DNA of 64,000 nucleotides from Oculina patagonica (GCF_052425735.1 NC_135761.1:63364001-63428000); one strand, 5' to 3'. Positions 39,880 through 52,086 are shown, counted from the first letter of the stretch. Made by a program: numbers and translations. Notes: generated from the sequence alone by a model not told the origin.

Positions 39880-41760
39880 TTTACGATTCACATCAATAGT
39901 CCGTGAAGTATTTTCTATTATTAGACGATTTGATTGCTTTGATTGCTTTTATTTTTATATTGCAAATGTGAAATAGTAACCCTCGTCTATTTCCCAATGC
40001 CATGACGAGTTCTACTTATGCCGAACATTAGTGATACTGCACTTGGTATGAAAGACAAAGGAATTGTTTCTCTTTGCCTTTTGTCTTAAGTTTCAGTTTC
40101 TGTTCTTTTCGAATAAATGATTAACTGGAAAGCTTCCAAAGAAGCTTCGTGCAAATATATCGCAATTTCTTTATTTCAAGATATTTTTGTTACCTTAAGA
40201 ATAATCTGCCCACAGAAATGGAATTACGTTTACTAAGGGATGCTGGAAAGACACAGCTCATTGAACCAAATTAGCAAACATTCTGTAATGAAGCCCACTG
40301 AGCAAATAGTCCAGGCGTGCTGGTGACTGACTCGTGCTCGTTCATATTACCCAACAGTATGTCACGCACACACAAGACACCCACGTACGGGTTGTAAGTA
40401 TTGCGGTTTCTTAGCAATCGCTCCGCAATCGCTTTCTTTAAAGAAACTCCAATAAATTTAATGCTTGATAGCATACGCCATGACTGAGTCGTTACCAATG
40501 AGAAAAATACCGCAAGCACCTTTGCAGTCCAAAATAATTCTCTCGCGCGTGCACCGTATTCATTTTGTTGAGCCTGATCCAGATGTAATGAAGCTTCGAG
40601 CTGATATTTCTCAATTTAATCAGCGGGGAATGAAATGCTCGTTGTTAAACAAATCATCTTTTGGTTAAGGTTGGTATAGTCTTTTTTTATTCGTGGTCAG
40701 ATCGTTTAAAGATCAGCCAAAAGATCAACATTGTCGATTGTGAACGATGCATATTTATAAACTTACTAGTGTTGCGCAAATTCACATTAAACAGTCCGAA
40801 TTACGGAATCATGTTTTTTTTGATTTTGTCCCAATCACTTGCTTTTATATATTGTAGGGATCTATTATTCCGGATGATTAGTGTGTTCACTTTCTTTTAC
40901 TTGTACTGGTGAAATTTCACGTTGTACGAAAATTCACTCGATGTTTCAATCATGCTTTTTTGATATACTAGTAACGTACACCAATTGCAATTGTTAAAGA
41001 TTAACTGGAAAGCTTTAAACAACGCTTCTCGAAAATATATCAAAATTTGTATCACGGAAAACACTTTGATTACCCTTATAGTGTTCTTCCCCAAAAAACA
41101 GTTTTACGTTTGTTTAGTGCTTAAGGAAGTGGACAGTCAAAACCGATTGCAACAATAACGAAAGCGTGCTGTACTGAGCAGAAACTGTGCTCATTTCGAG
41201 ACAGGCTGACTTAGAAGAAATGCCACACACACGTATAGGTGTCACACAGGAACCGAACCGAGAATCCGTAAAAGTGTGCGAAGCTTTGACCAGATTACTG
41301 TAAAAGCAATTCGTAAAACACAGACAAGTTGTCTTTTGTTCTGTTGCAAAACATGTTATGACAACATACCGGTACAGTTGCTTTTGAAAATCATAAACAC
41401 AGTGCAAACGCACCCCTCTGCGTATAAAACCTGGCAGCGAGAACTGCCGCTAAAATTCTTACGCTAAAATTCTTACAGGATAGTCCTAAAGTCTACATTA
41501 GATTACCAGATAACCTCGCAATGAAAATCACACTGTTTTTTCGTACCGATCACTTATACCAGTATTCTGTCGAGCTATTTTATTTAACAATACGCGTGTT
41601 TATGCGCCTGTTGCAGTTACAGATTAACTGCAAAGCTTGCCGTAAGCTTCCTGAAGATATTTCGCAATTTCTAGCGCCGAAGGCAGTTTTGTTACCTTTG
41701 GAATAATCTTTCCAAGAAATGGAATTTTCGGCCAGGTTTGCAAACGCGATCATGCCTACG
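39880..41760. repeat. Three degenerate tandem units (~0.6-0.9 kb spacing) upstream of the protease ATG
   Basis: A shared core GATTAACTG(G/C)AAAGCTT...GCTTC...ATAT...AATTT...TTACC occurs at about 40119, 40999 and 41622. Confidence 0.7.
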
Positions 41761-41924
41761 GGAGTTAAACGAAAAAACTATGGGCACGTTAATATACGTG
41801 TCTCTGTCTATGGCCTTGTGTTTAATTGCGTATTGTATTTCTTTGCCTAACGCCCCGAGACGACTAATAGCGGTCCGTTCAAAGCGATATAGGTTATTTC
41901 ACACTTGACCTTTGCGTTACTCAA

Positions 41925-42230
41925 TAACTTCCGGAAAATTGTGATTGGACGAGTCAAGATCTTATTTACTGTTGTAGCCCCAAGTATTTAGACACGCGTC
42001 ACACGATTTTGGCGGGAACGTCACGAAATACAGATAAGCACAAACAACACTCTGGGAAAACAATAGTTATTATCTAGCTAGGGTACCATTGGCGGAATCA
42101 GGAACTAATGTACTTCACTTTCCATTAACACAAAGAGGATACGAAATGGCGGGAAAGTCAACTTTATACGACCCTTTGTAAGTGACAGCATGGTCACTTT
42201 GTAGCAGACATCGACGCTCTCGCTTCGAAC
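41925..42230. promoter_or_regulatory. Putative bidirectional promoter between the protease and transposase genes, with E2F-like sites
   Basis: TTTGGCGGGAA at 42008-42018, TGGCGGGAAA at 42147-42156, TTGGCGGAA at 42089-42097, plus ACTTCCGGAA (ETS-like) and GATTGG (CCAAT) near 41927-41948. It lies between divergently oriented genes. Confidence 0.45.
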
Positions 42231-45200
42231 ATGGCGATCAACAAACTCTGGAAGATAGATATACTCTTGGGCTGTTTTGTATTGTTGATTGTACTTATAG
42301 CACTTCGCTTCACTTCAAAACTGGCAATCGATAACCCGCCAGAAAACAATTCTTACAATAGAAGTGAGGAGACCCGACAAACCTTTTCCGGAGACGATCT
42401 TCGCACACGTAGTGAACACGGTAAACAAGATGGTCCAGGAGGCGACGATTTCCGCCCGAGATTTCCATTTTTTTACTGGGAAACCTGGGATTTTCCTGTG
42501 CTTACAACACTGGACATTCTGGGAGAGGAACTGCGAGCTATTGCTCGTCAAGCTGCCAAATCGCCATCGATTGCAAGTAAACAAGACCTGGAGGAAAACG
42601 ATATCGTTCTTTCGTCTGCAGCCGGGACAGTTGTAGGCGACCAGGTACATAGTTAAATTTCAATTTTTCTACAGTAGTAGTAGTAGTGGTAGTGGTAGTG
42701 GTAGTGGTAGTAGAAAGTAGTAAACTTTATTTAAGTGTCAATCGTTCTAGCGTTTTACACACTAATTGGTGACACTAATTACAAACTAAGATAAACATTA
42801 AAATTTTGAGAAAATTGAAACCCTTATTCTAAATAAAACTCTAGTTAAAAACATGTTTAAAAAACATACACTTATTCTAAATAAAACTCTAGTTACAAAC
42901 GTACTTAAAAAAACATACACTAATTACATAATTACGATCACTTTCTAAATTAACTATTGCATAAATAACAGTTCTTGCATCTCCCGTCTTCAATAAAGTG
43001 CGTTGAACACGATTTGACTTTGTTGTTCTGGTTACAGCCACAAGTGTTACGACTACGTGGAGGAGCAAGAGGTAGCAAGAACGTAAGTTATTTTTATCAC
43101 CTGCTCCCTTTGTAGTACATTTGTCTTCTTGTACCCAAAATTAAAAGTTTCCCTCGTAAAAACCTTTTACATTTCTACAAGTCTTCACTAACATTTCTGG
43201 GGACATCCGTGAAAAGCAATTCAATCATTGTATAACATTTCATAGCAACGATAGACTGCGATAAAGAAAGAGGAAAAGATGCTCCTGAGGAGCATGGTTA
43301 CTAACGATCTTTTTTCTTACCAGAGTGAAACGTCTGACGTAAAATGTGGTTGCGGTGGGGCATGCAATCATGGCATTGATGATGATTATGATGTAGAAAT
43401 TGAGGTCAGTCAGTGTATTGTAATCATTTAGTACAATTTAAACAGTTACGATGTTTAAGGTGTATATTCATGACCTGATGGGGTTGAAATGACACAACAA
43501 CAATAAATTATTGAACGTATGTGATACAAAGGGTCTCTATACAAAAGACAGCTCCGTGGTTTGGTCTATTGACCCTTTCTAAGAATGCTTATCATAACCT
43601 TACATTGACTTAAAAATTAAAGTTAGAAATAACGCGTGCGTAGCATTGCAGAAAAAAAAAAAAGGAAAAAGCCTGATGATTGTCTTTTGAATTATCTAAA
43701 TGTGCCTGTTTTTCGTTTTTTCAGGAAGATTGGAGAGATGATATAAAGGAACCTGCTTGCTTTGGATTGGATGGAAGTTTCGATGAAGATCGAAGGGTGA
43801 GTCTTTTCATAGTCACTTTAAGGGTGCTCTATTTCATTGATACTCAAATAATATTTGATCTATTTCTCCCTTCATATATTCTTAATTATACACTAAAATA
43901 TGCAGGCCGCTTCGCGGCATTGGTTCAATTGGAATTAATCTTACTGACTGACAACAATCAAGTTGGCAGACAACAGTTACTTTTGGGTCAAGCATGTCTT
44001 GGGCTTCCCGGGGGCACACTTTGAGGAGGCTTCGCCGGTGGTCAGAAGCTAATAGCCAGATTAGGACACCACAACGCACTATCAAAGTTTCACCGATTTA
44101 ACGAGATGCACAAGAATGCAGTCCATTTCGAATGTAGTGTCAGACTGAACGTTCTCCTTCTTAACATATTCAACATATCATGCTATGTCAAACTAAGGCT
44201 AAAAGATTTTTATGCTTCTTGTTTTTTCTCAGGATATAGTGAATGATTTTCCTTCTCCTGAATGCGATGTAGACAACACGATGGGCAAAGCAAAGCAAAC
44301 AGAAAAGCACCCTGTTGCGAAGAAGCAACCTGAAATAGCCAAGAGGCACAAGACAAAAGAAAATATGAAGAAAAGCAAAGTCAATTACGCCAAAGTGGAA
44401 AAAGAAGTGAAATTGGGTAACTGCTGCCACAAAAAATGTATACGAAGAAAACTTTCAATATCAGACGTTTATGAAACAAGACAAATGTTCTTCGACAAGT
44501 CACAGGAACAGCAAAGAGCCTATCTAATTAACTTCTTTCAGATTAGTCAGAGATCGAAAAACGGAAGAACGGTGTACGCCCACTATGTAAACGGCAAAGA
44601 AGTATGTCAGAAGGCCTGGATATTTAGCCATGGAATGGCATATGGGAGGTACGCTATATTTTTTTCTTTAGAATACAAACGTAACATAAGGAGGAGACAG
44701 GCTAGCAGGCTTACTTGCGCTAATGATAACTAACATTAATTTTTCTAACGTAGCTCTGTCCTCAGGGATAACTTTCCTTTTAACATCATTTTATATATAC
44801 TATGGTTGCTTGCTATGTTGTGTTTTAACAGATACCATAATTGGAAGCGCGAGGTTGAGAAAAAAGGCACAACACAAAGCTATCACTGTCGCGAAGGAAT
44901 GGTCTACAAATCCAAACGCACACTGGAAGCGGAACTTTGGTTTGACGAATTCGTGTCTACTTTTGCCAACATAATGCCTGACGTCAATAGGAGGGAACTA
45001 CCTTCGTGTATGACTATTTGCCAAATTCACAAAATGTATCGTGAGGCAATTAAACGTGCACCCTTAAGCTTAGCGCAGTTCAGACGAATGTGGAAACAGA
45101 ACTTCAAGGATGTAATTATACCTAAGGTAAGATGATGTAATGATAAAATAGAAATTGATTTTTTTAGTCGACGTTGTCGTCAGCGTCGCTGCATGTAAAG

Positions 45201-48200
45201 GTCCCTAATAGGAAGCCCAGGCAAGCTAAGCCGAGAACGGCCACGAGAACGTCGCCAAAGAAAACGTTTAATGAGCTTGAAATCTTGAAATCCTAGCCGT
45301 TCTCATTGAGACAACTACGTGAAATGACCCAATTCTGCGTATTTTGGAGAACGTGCGCCACGGCGGCTTTTTTACTTTTTCGATATGGGGTTGAACGCTC
45401 TCCCAAAATATCCAGCTGCAACTAGTCCGTGAACCAAAAGATACGCTAAATATGTCTAGATAAATCCTCTGCTTCGCCTTTATCATCGCTTGAGCTCCTT
45501 ATAATTTGACTGTCGCGACGTAATGAAAACGCTAGATTGCAAAAAAAGTTGTTATCTTTATTTCTTGCAGACAAACAGATTTTCTAAGTGTGGTGTTTGC
45601 TTGTTGATAACTGAACACATTCGCGGTACTGGAAATAAAAAGGCGAGATTAACATGGACAGAAAGAAAACAATGGCACATGAATCAACAGGCGTAAGTGT
45701 TACATAAAAAGAGTTTTCTGGCGAACAGGGTACCTGAAGAGATCTATTGAGCATAGGCTTGAGTTTTACTACCTCCAGATACTTTAATTAACCTATAGTA
45801 ACCAAACATTAACAACCAAGTGGACGATGGCTTAGATATAGTCCTTTACAAGAGTTATTCATTATAATATATGTCTTTATACAGAAATGAAAGGAAGAAG
45901 TATTATAAACATCAGAAGAAAGCCGAGAAGGATCCAGGAAAATATATGTCCATAATCATTGACGGAATGGATCAAGCGAAGACCTATTTGCCACACTGGA
46001 TACAAAGTTCAAAGGTTTTTTTTAATACTAATAAATTTCGTTTTTGTTATAATAACATATATTTTGAGTCTAAGACTGGTTAAAAAACAGAACACTTCTA
46101 TTGTACAGCCTTGGTACAGGGTTATTTGCACGTCCTCTGCATCTCACAATTTTATGTAACTTCGACTGCTTTGTTATTAATTATGCAGTTGGAGGGTGAC
46201 AATGCTCATTTCTTAAAGACACACGTGACTGGCACCTTGTCCCATGGGCACGGTTTAGCACTTTGTTTCCTTGACCTGATGCGGTGGCCACAAGATGCAA
46301 ATCCTACAACAAACGCGTTGATATCCACATTTCGGCATGTTATTAAAAAGGTAAACAGTTTTACACATTAAAGAAAATCGCTGTTTCTTATAAACTACGT
46401 TGACCTATTTCTTATATTTATTTGTCCACGCAATTAACACTTATAAATAAAATTATTATTATTATTAATGATGGAGCTTGTTGCAGCTAAGTTACCCTAC
46501 TTTTCCATGCACCTATTTTAGCAGTTAAATTGCAATTTATTAAATTGCATAGAATGAAGCCTGAAGAGATATCAGAGCTTCAAGCGGAGCGGACAGAAGT
46601 TTATGTTGAAACACTCGTAGTCAACGTCATTCAAAATGATCGCAGTTTATCTATGAGACTTCTAATGACTTCAGTTTTGCATAGCTCTATTGCCATGTGT
46701 TGCTAAACATTTTTTTTTAAATAATCATTTTATAGCGGGGAAGCTTGCCTCCAGTGTTGTACCTACAGCTCGATAACTGTTACCGTGACTGCAAAAATAT
46801 TCATATTCTTGGGTTCTGCGCCCTTCTGGTAAAGGCTGGAGTGTTTCGAAAGGTGAATAAAAGTACTTTTTCATCTTATATTGGTGACGAGATGAAATGA
46901 CACTCAAAATCGTCTTATATCTATATTTATAGGTTCGGCTGTCATATTTGGTAGTGGGGCACACTCATGAGGACATCGATCAGGTACCATTGAACAGAAC
47001 TGCAAATACACTCCAACCCCGGCCTACAAAACGGCCAGTACCGAAACGTTCATCAAAACACCATTGTAAAAAAAATTCTTTGTGGCGGCCTCGCATAAGG
47101 CGGCCGCGGCCACCTTTCTGCCGTCCCAATTATGCGGCAAACGCGAGCTAACTTTTCATTTTGATGCCTTCTAATCGAATTCTTAAATAAATCTCTACGG
47201 AAAATAGGGGGAAAATCAAACTTTTACGACAAACAGGCTGATTACCGCGTACAAACGCCAAACGCGGCAGACGGAAGAAGTGGAATTTTTGCCGTTCGCG
47301 GAAAAAAAACAAACGTAATGCTTGATCTTTCTATTGCCTCAATTTAGCGGCCAACAAGAAGGTAACAACAAGCTCGAGAAAACAAGTATCTAAAATGTAA
47401 GGGGGCGACTGATAAAATCATTAAATATGACGTGAAGTTTCTGAAAGCAAGTAGTCGATTAAATTTTTTTTTTCTTTTGTTTTACACGGAAACACTGACA
47501 TATAAATGAAATGTTGTTTTCTGTCCTGCAGATGTTCAGCAGAATTGCCGAAGCCCTAAGAAAGGTAGATGCTGTCACCATAGACCAGCTTAGGAAAGTC
47601 ATTCACACTTCCTATACGCCATCTCCGGATGTTTTTTATCGGGAAAACATTTACGACATAAAGTCATGGTTGCGACCATATACAGCAACATTTAAACACC
47701 ACAGCAACCCGCACGCTTTTCGTTTCAACCTGAATGAAGATGGCGAAGTGGAGATGTCGTATAGGAATTGGGCAAAGGCCGAAAAGAAGGAATGGCTTCC
47801 GAAAGAAGGTCCTTTCATCATTCTTCGCGAACTTCCACCTGGTACCCCGTCCATCCTAAAACCAGATAACGTAAAGTGCCCCACGGAGGAAGCGATGGAA
47901 AATAGTGTACGTCAAGTTCAAAAGCGTATGACTCCACAGGACCTAGCTTGGTGGAAAGAGTTCATCACCGGTGAAAAACAACGAAGAGAACAGTGGCAAG
48001 CAATGAAACCAGAAGATTATAAGGAAGCAGGAAGGAATTTCGACTTGTTGAAAATGAAATACGTAAGCCCCCCTTCCGGAGATGAGGAAGCAGATGAAGC
48101 ACATAAAAAGAGGGAGAAGGACCTACAAGACCTGATGCAAAAGAAAAACAGCTTCCCACCGGTAAGGAAAGATGTACTGCCGATATTGAACTTTGAATTA

Positions 48201-48663
48201 CCGTACATCCAATTCACAAATTTCTTTCGTCTTGTAAGGCTCACACCTAATAAAATCACGCTGGCAACGACACCCCCTCCCCCCCCCCCCCCACACACAC
48301 ACACACACCTCCCTGCACATCGGTAGAAAAACGTGAAAGATGAATTCTTCATTAGCAACCACACCTGACTGACCTAACTCAGTTGTTAAGTTATACCCAG
48401 GATAGATAAACAGATGAACCAAGTTATATGCTTTTGTGTAACTCCTTTCAGTTTTTGTAAAAAGTCTCATAAGGTAAATGAATTGTGATGCACAGGTGCA
48501 GATGACAAAGAAAGCGGTTGGCGGCAAGGACAAGGACCGAGGAACAAAGAGGAAACGTGCAGAAAAAACGTGTGAGAAGAAAACAAAAGGAAAAGGAGAA
48601 AACATTGAGAAAAAACGTGTGAAAAGAAAACAAAAGGAAAAGGCACCAAAAAATAAACAGTAA
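42231..48663 (+). CDS. Spliced DDD-type DNA transposase (Sola1-like/DUF7869-type), ~900 aa, with an N-terminal hydrophobic anchor and LRLRGG motif
   Basis: GT-AG exons 42231-42644, 43038-43082, 43324-43404, 43725-43796, 44233-44648, 44832-45126, 45571-45692, 45885-46014, 46189-46350, 46736-46852, 46933-46983, 47532-48161 and 48496-48663 total 2703 nt in one frame. Motifs: CCHKKC...VCQKAW, FSKCGVC, KYMSIIIDGMDQAK, HVTGTLSHGHG, LYLQLDNCYRDCKN, SYLVVGHTHEDIDQMFS, and a basic tail. AATAAA at 48669-48674. The core (exons 5-12) is secure; joining exons 1-4 to it is a prediction. Confidence 0.85.
42673..42722 (+). repeat. (GTA/GTG)n microsatellite in transposase intron 1
   Basis: gtagtagtagtagtggtagtggtagtggtagtggtagtag. 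Confidence 0.85.
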
Positions 48664-49226
48664 ATTGTAATAAAGTAAAAAAAAAATGCAATCATTTAAC
48701 AAGACGAAAATACCTATATTTGACTTATAAAATACCACGTTAAGAGCACTGACAGCACCAGAGGCTCTTTTCTTTTCGCGACGATTTGAAGGGGAAGGAG
48801 GGGGTGGGCTTCATGTAAAGGGGCAAAAATAATGCCGCACAAAGCAATACATCTGACACCTAGTGAGGTCGAGGAATATGAAAAAAATATTAGGATACAT
48901 CAATTATTATACTAACTACTATATTCTTTGACTGTTAAACAAGTCTTCGAATATTTGTAGGCATTAACATTCAAAATCGCGAAGTTAGACCAGCAACATT
49001 TACACCTTTCAAACGGTTTTCCTGTTACTTTTTCAAGTACCGCGAAAGATGTACAAACCATTTTCACGATATCCTAGTTGCGATACGACAATCTCAAATA
49101 TGGGGTAATTAAGAATACATTATCATAAAATAATCCCTCATGAAAAAAAGCAGGTGCGGCGAATATCCTCGCCTTCGCGTACTGCAATGTCATGAACAGT
49201 GAGACATTTCAATGTAATATGTATCG

Positions 49227-49938
49227 ATCGTTGATTGGTGGTGACGATACACCAATTTGTTTTCATTGGCTTTTTCTGTATCTAATTTCCTCGTTTGCCC
49301 GTACACGTTTCATTCTGTTACAAATTAATAGCAGTGTATTGCGAAACCGTGCAAATAAAGATCACGAGGTGATGTGCAAGATCATTTGGTCAAAATTAAC
49401 ATGCAGTGCAGTCTGTGGCGGGGCAGGGAGTATTATTTACTTCAATGAAAGAATAATGGAAACAAGGATGAAAGCAAGTATTCTCACTGCAAACATTAAA
49501 GGAAGATAATCTCCAAACAACCACAAAAAATCAGCAGCCAAGGATAATGTTTACGCGCGGGAAATGCGGCAAGTTAACTCCCCGCCAAATATCAAGCCAT
49601 GGCGCGAAATCTACTTTTGCGTTTTGTGGACCTATGAAGACGACACATTAACCCATCGATTAATATGGTACACCATCAACATAAACAGTTCTCGCCGCTC
49701 TCCTCCAAAGCAAACAACGTATGAAAAAGGTATGCTTAAAATATATTATTATGTGTTTTAAAATCTAGTGTTATCGATTATGTTGTCTCTGGTTGTCTTG
49801 AGTTGCAATGCATCAATTACCAGCCACGTGAAATTCGAATGAGCAATGCTAATTTCGCTAGAAAATGTTTTACTTGCTCTTGTTGCAGTAAATTCTACAA
49901 CGTGTATATGGCATGTGTGCATGAAATGAAAATTAAAT
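49227..49938 (-). repeat. Right long terminal inverted repeat
   Basis: Reverse complement of 27988-28699; ends at the gap that begins at 49939. Confidence 0.95.
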
Positions 49939-50445
49939 NNNNNNNNNNNNNNNNNNNNNNNNNNNNNNNNNNNNNNNNNNNNNNNNNNNNNNNNNNNNNN
50001 NNNNNNNNNNNNNNNNNNNNNNNNNNNNNNNNNNNNNNNNNNNNNNNNNNNNNNNNNNNNNNNNNNNNNNNNNNNNNNNNNNNNNNNNNNNNNNNNNNNN
50101 NNNNNNNNNNNNNNNNNNNNNNNNNNNNNNNNNNNNNNNNNNNNNNNNNNNNNNNNNNNNNNNNNNNNNNNNNNNNNNNNNNNNNNNNNNNNNNNNNNNN
50201 NNNNNNNNNNNNNNNNNNNNNNNNNNNNNNNNNNNNNNNNNNNNNNNNNNNNNNNNNNNNNNNNNNNNNNNNNNNNNNNNNNNNNNNNNNNNNNNNNNNN
50301 NNNNNNNNNNNNNNNNNNNNNNNNNNNNNNNNNNNNNNNNNNNNNNNNNNNNNNNNNNNNNNNNNNNNNNNNNNNNNNNNNNNNNNNNNNNNNNNNNNNN
50401 NNNNNNNNNNNNNNNNNNNNNNNNNNNNNNNNNNNNNNCTTAGTA

Positions 50446-50523
50446 TTGGGAGAACACAAGAAAAGCTTGTAAATCACGAGCCGTCAGGCGAGTGATTTAC
50501 AAGCTTTTCCAGTGTTCTCCCAA
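50446..50523. repeat. Hairpin core of a palindromic dispersed repeat
   Basis: TTGGGAGAACAC..GAAAAGCTTGTAAATCAC ... GTGATTTACAAGCTTTTC..GTGTTCTCCCAA inverted arms. Confidence 0.8.
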
Positions 50524-50888
50524 CATCCCAAGTGGTTTTATTACGCCAGTAAAGCCCTAGAAAGTGCGGTTTATTGCTTTTTATGAGCAATATATTGAAA
50601 ACGTTCGTCAAAGAAAAAGGAATCATTTTATTTTTCGCGATCAAATGTCTTATTCTCTACAAGTTCATCAGATGACGCGGTAAACCAATCACAGCGGCTG
50701 AAAGAATAAAACACAGGTTCAGCTCCACACACAATGACAAAAATCCACTGATCGCGGGGGGGGGGGGACTCCCTATATTGGCCTATACGGGGAGGCTCCA
50801 CCCAAAAGGGGAACCTTTTTCATGATTTAGGTATGTAAAAGGGTAGCGATTTCACAAGTTTAAGTATATGAAAGTGTAAGGAAATCTG

Positions 50889-51139
50889 TAGCATGCGTAG
50901 CTGGCGGTTTTGTTGGGTTTGAAGCGCACACAATCAAGCGGCGAACCTGCGAATGGCTTGGGGAGGAGGAGACATTCTGAACCAATCGGAACAGTCTGTA
51001 CGCCAGCATACGGACTTCCCAAAGATGCAGCCCATCCGGGCAGGCGGTCTTACGCCTCCTCCTCCCCACGCCACTCGCGGCTTCGCCGTTTGCTTGTGTG
51101 CGCTTTAAACCCCAACAAAACCGCCATCTACGCAGGCGA
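50889..51139. mobile_element. Palindromic MITE with a 9-bp TSD (GGAAATCTG)
   Basis: Long imperfect inverted arms (TAGCATGCGTAGCTGGCGGTTTTGTTGGG ... CCCAACAAAACCGCCATCTACGCAGGCGA). GGAAATCTG at 50880-50888 and 51140-51148. Confidence 0.8.
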
Positions 51140-52086
51140 GGAAATCTGTCATTAAGATATTGAAAAGGCCTTCAAACTAACAGACGCAACTTATGGCTAT
51201 ATCGTCTAAATTTCTGAAGCGCTACATAAAATGACAAGAAAACTTTCTGTTTTTAGTATGTCATGCCGCGTGTAGGTATATGAAAGAGGTAACGTATATT
51301 CTCAATTAAACGCCCCCGGCGTTTATTTCAAACTTGGCCTGGTGGACCCGGCGTTGGTTTGAAGCCGGTGTTTAAGCGGGGCCCGGCGCTCATTAACGAA
51401 GTGAAATTTTCTGTCATTTTTTCCAGTTGAATTATTGTTACCCATCCTCCGATATCTAGGGTCAGTTTGTTAAGGCGGTTCCCCCGGGGGGACGCGACCA
51501 TTGTATTTGAACAGTCCTAATAATACATGGGATATGATACATTTTGTTGTAGGTTTAAGGCTATTGTTCAAACGGTGTGTCAGAAGGGAGACGCAAATAA
51601 CCCGACCGATCTCTAGTTCTACATCGTTTGTTCCTTCGTTTATTGCCACTCGCCCATTCGTTCGTTCATGTCCGTTCATTTAGAAATATCAGTCACAAAT
51701 ACGGGAGTATTGTTTATTTGTCTTCAATTTCCATTTTTTTCATCAATACAATAGGCCAATTTCCACATAACAAAAGTTTTACAAGGCGCCTAGGCTTAGA
51801 GGACCAAAACAAAAGAAAGTAATTTATTCATCCCTCAACTCTGATGCGATTTTCTTGTCTTTATGGTCCTCTGAGCCTCAACGCCATGTTAAAATTTACA
51901 TATATCAAAATTTACCTAGCTGAATCCAATAATAATACACAACGATAATTATAACAATAATTACGATTTAAATTCGTTAGTGGAGAAAGCGCCTGTCCAA
52001 GTTTGATAATGAAGACTAAACTACTTGCATGTTGTTTAAAGTTAAGTTGTGCTATTATCTGCAGCCCTTGTCGGGACTTACGATGA

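Larger units (their letters stand above)
27422..50438. mobile_element. Giant (~23 kb) TIR DNA transposon carrying a Sola1-like/DUF7869-type transposase, a Ulp1/SENP-type protease and a C2H2 zinc-finger gene
   Basis: Inverted repeats 27988-28699 and 49227-49938 both run toward 500-N gaps. The 9-mer CTTAGTATT lies immediately outside both gaps (27413-27421 and 50439-50447), consistent with a TSD. An intact spliced transposase lies inside. The true termini are hidden in the gaps and the gap sizes are nominal. Confidence 0.88.

Noticed and set aside
42231-42656. Stand-alone 141-aa membrane protein, or a full ubiquitin domain
   Set aside because: An in-frame donor at 42645 and downstream phase-0 exons favour a spliced gene. 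Only the VLRLRGG tail clearly resembles ubiquitin.
27422-50438. Polinton/Maverick interpretation (size, long TIRs, clan CE protease)
   Set aside because: No pPolB, retroviral-type integrase, packaging ATPase or capsid ORFs are visible. The genes are intron-rich and the flanking repeat is 9 bp, not 6 bp.
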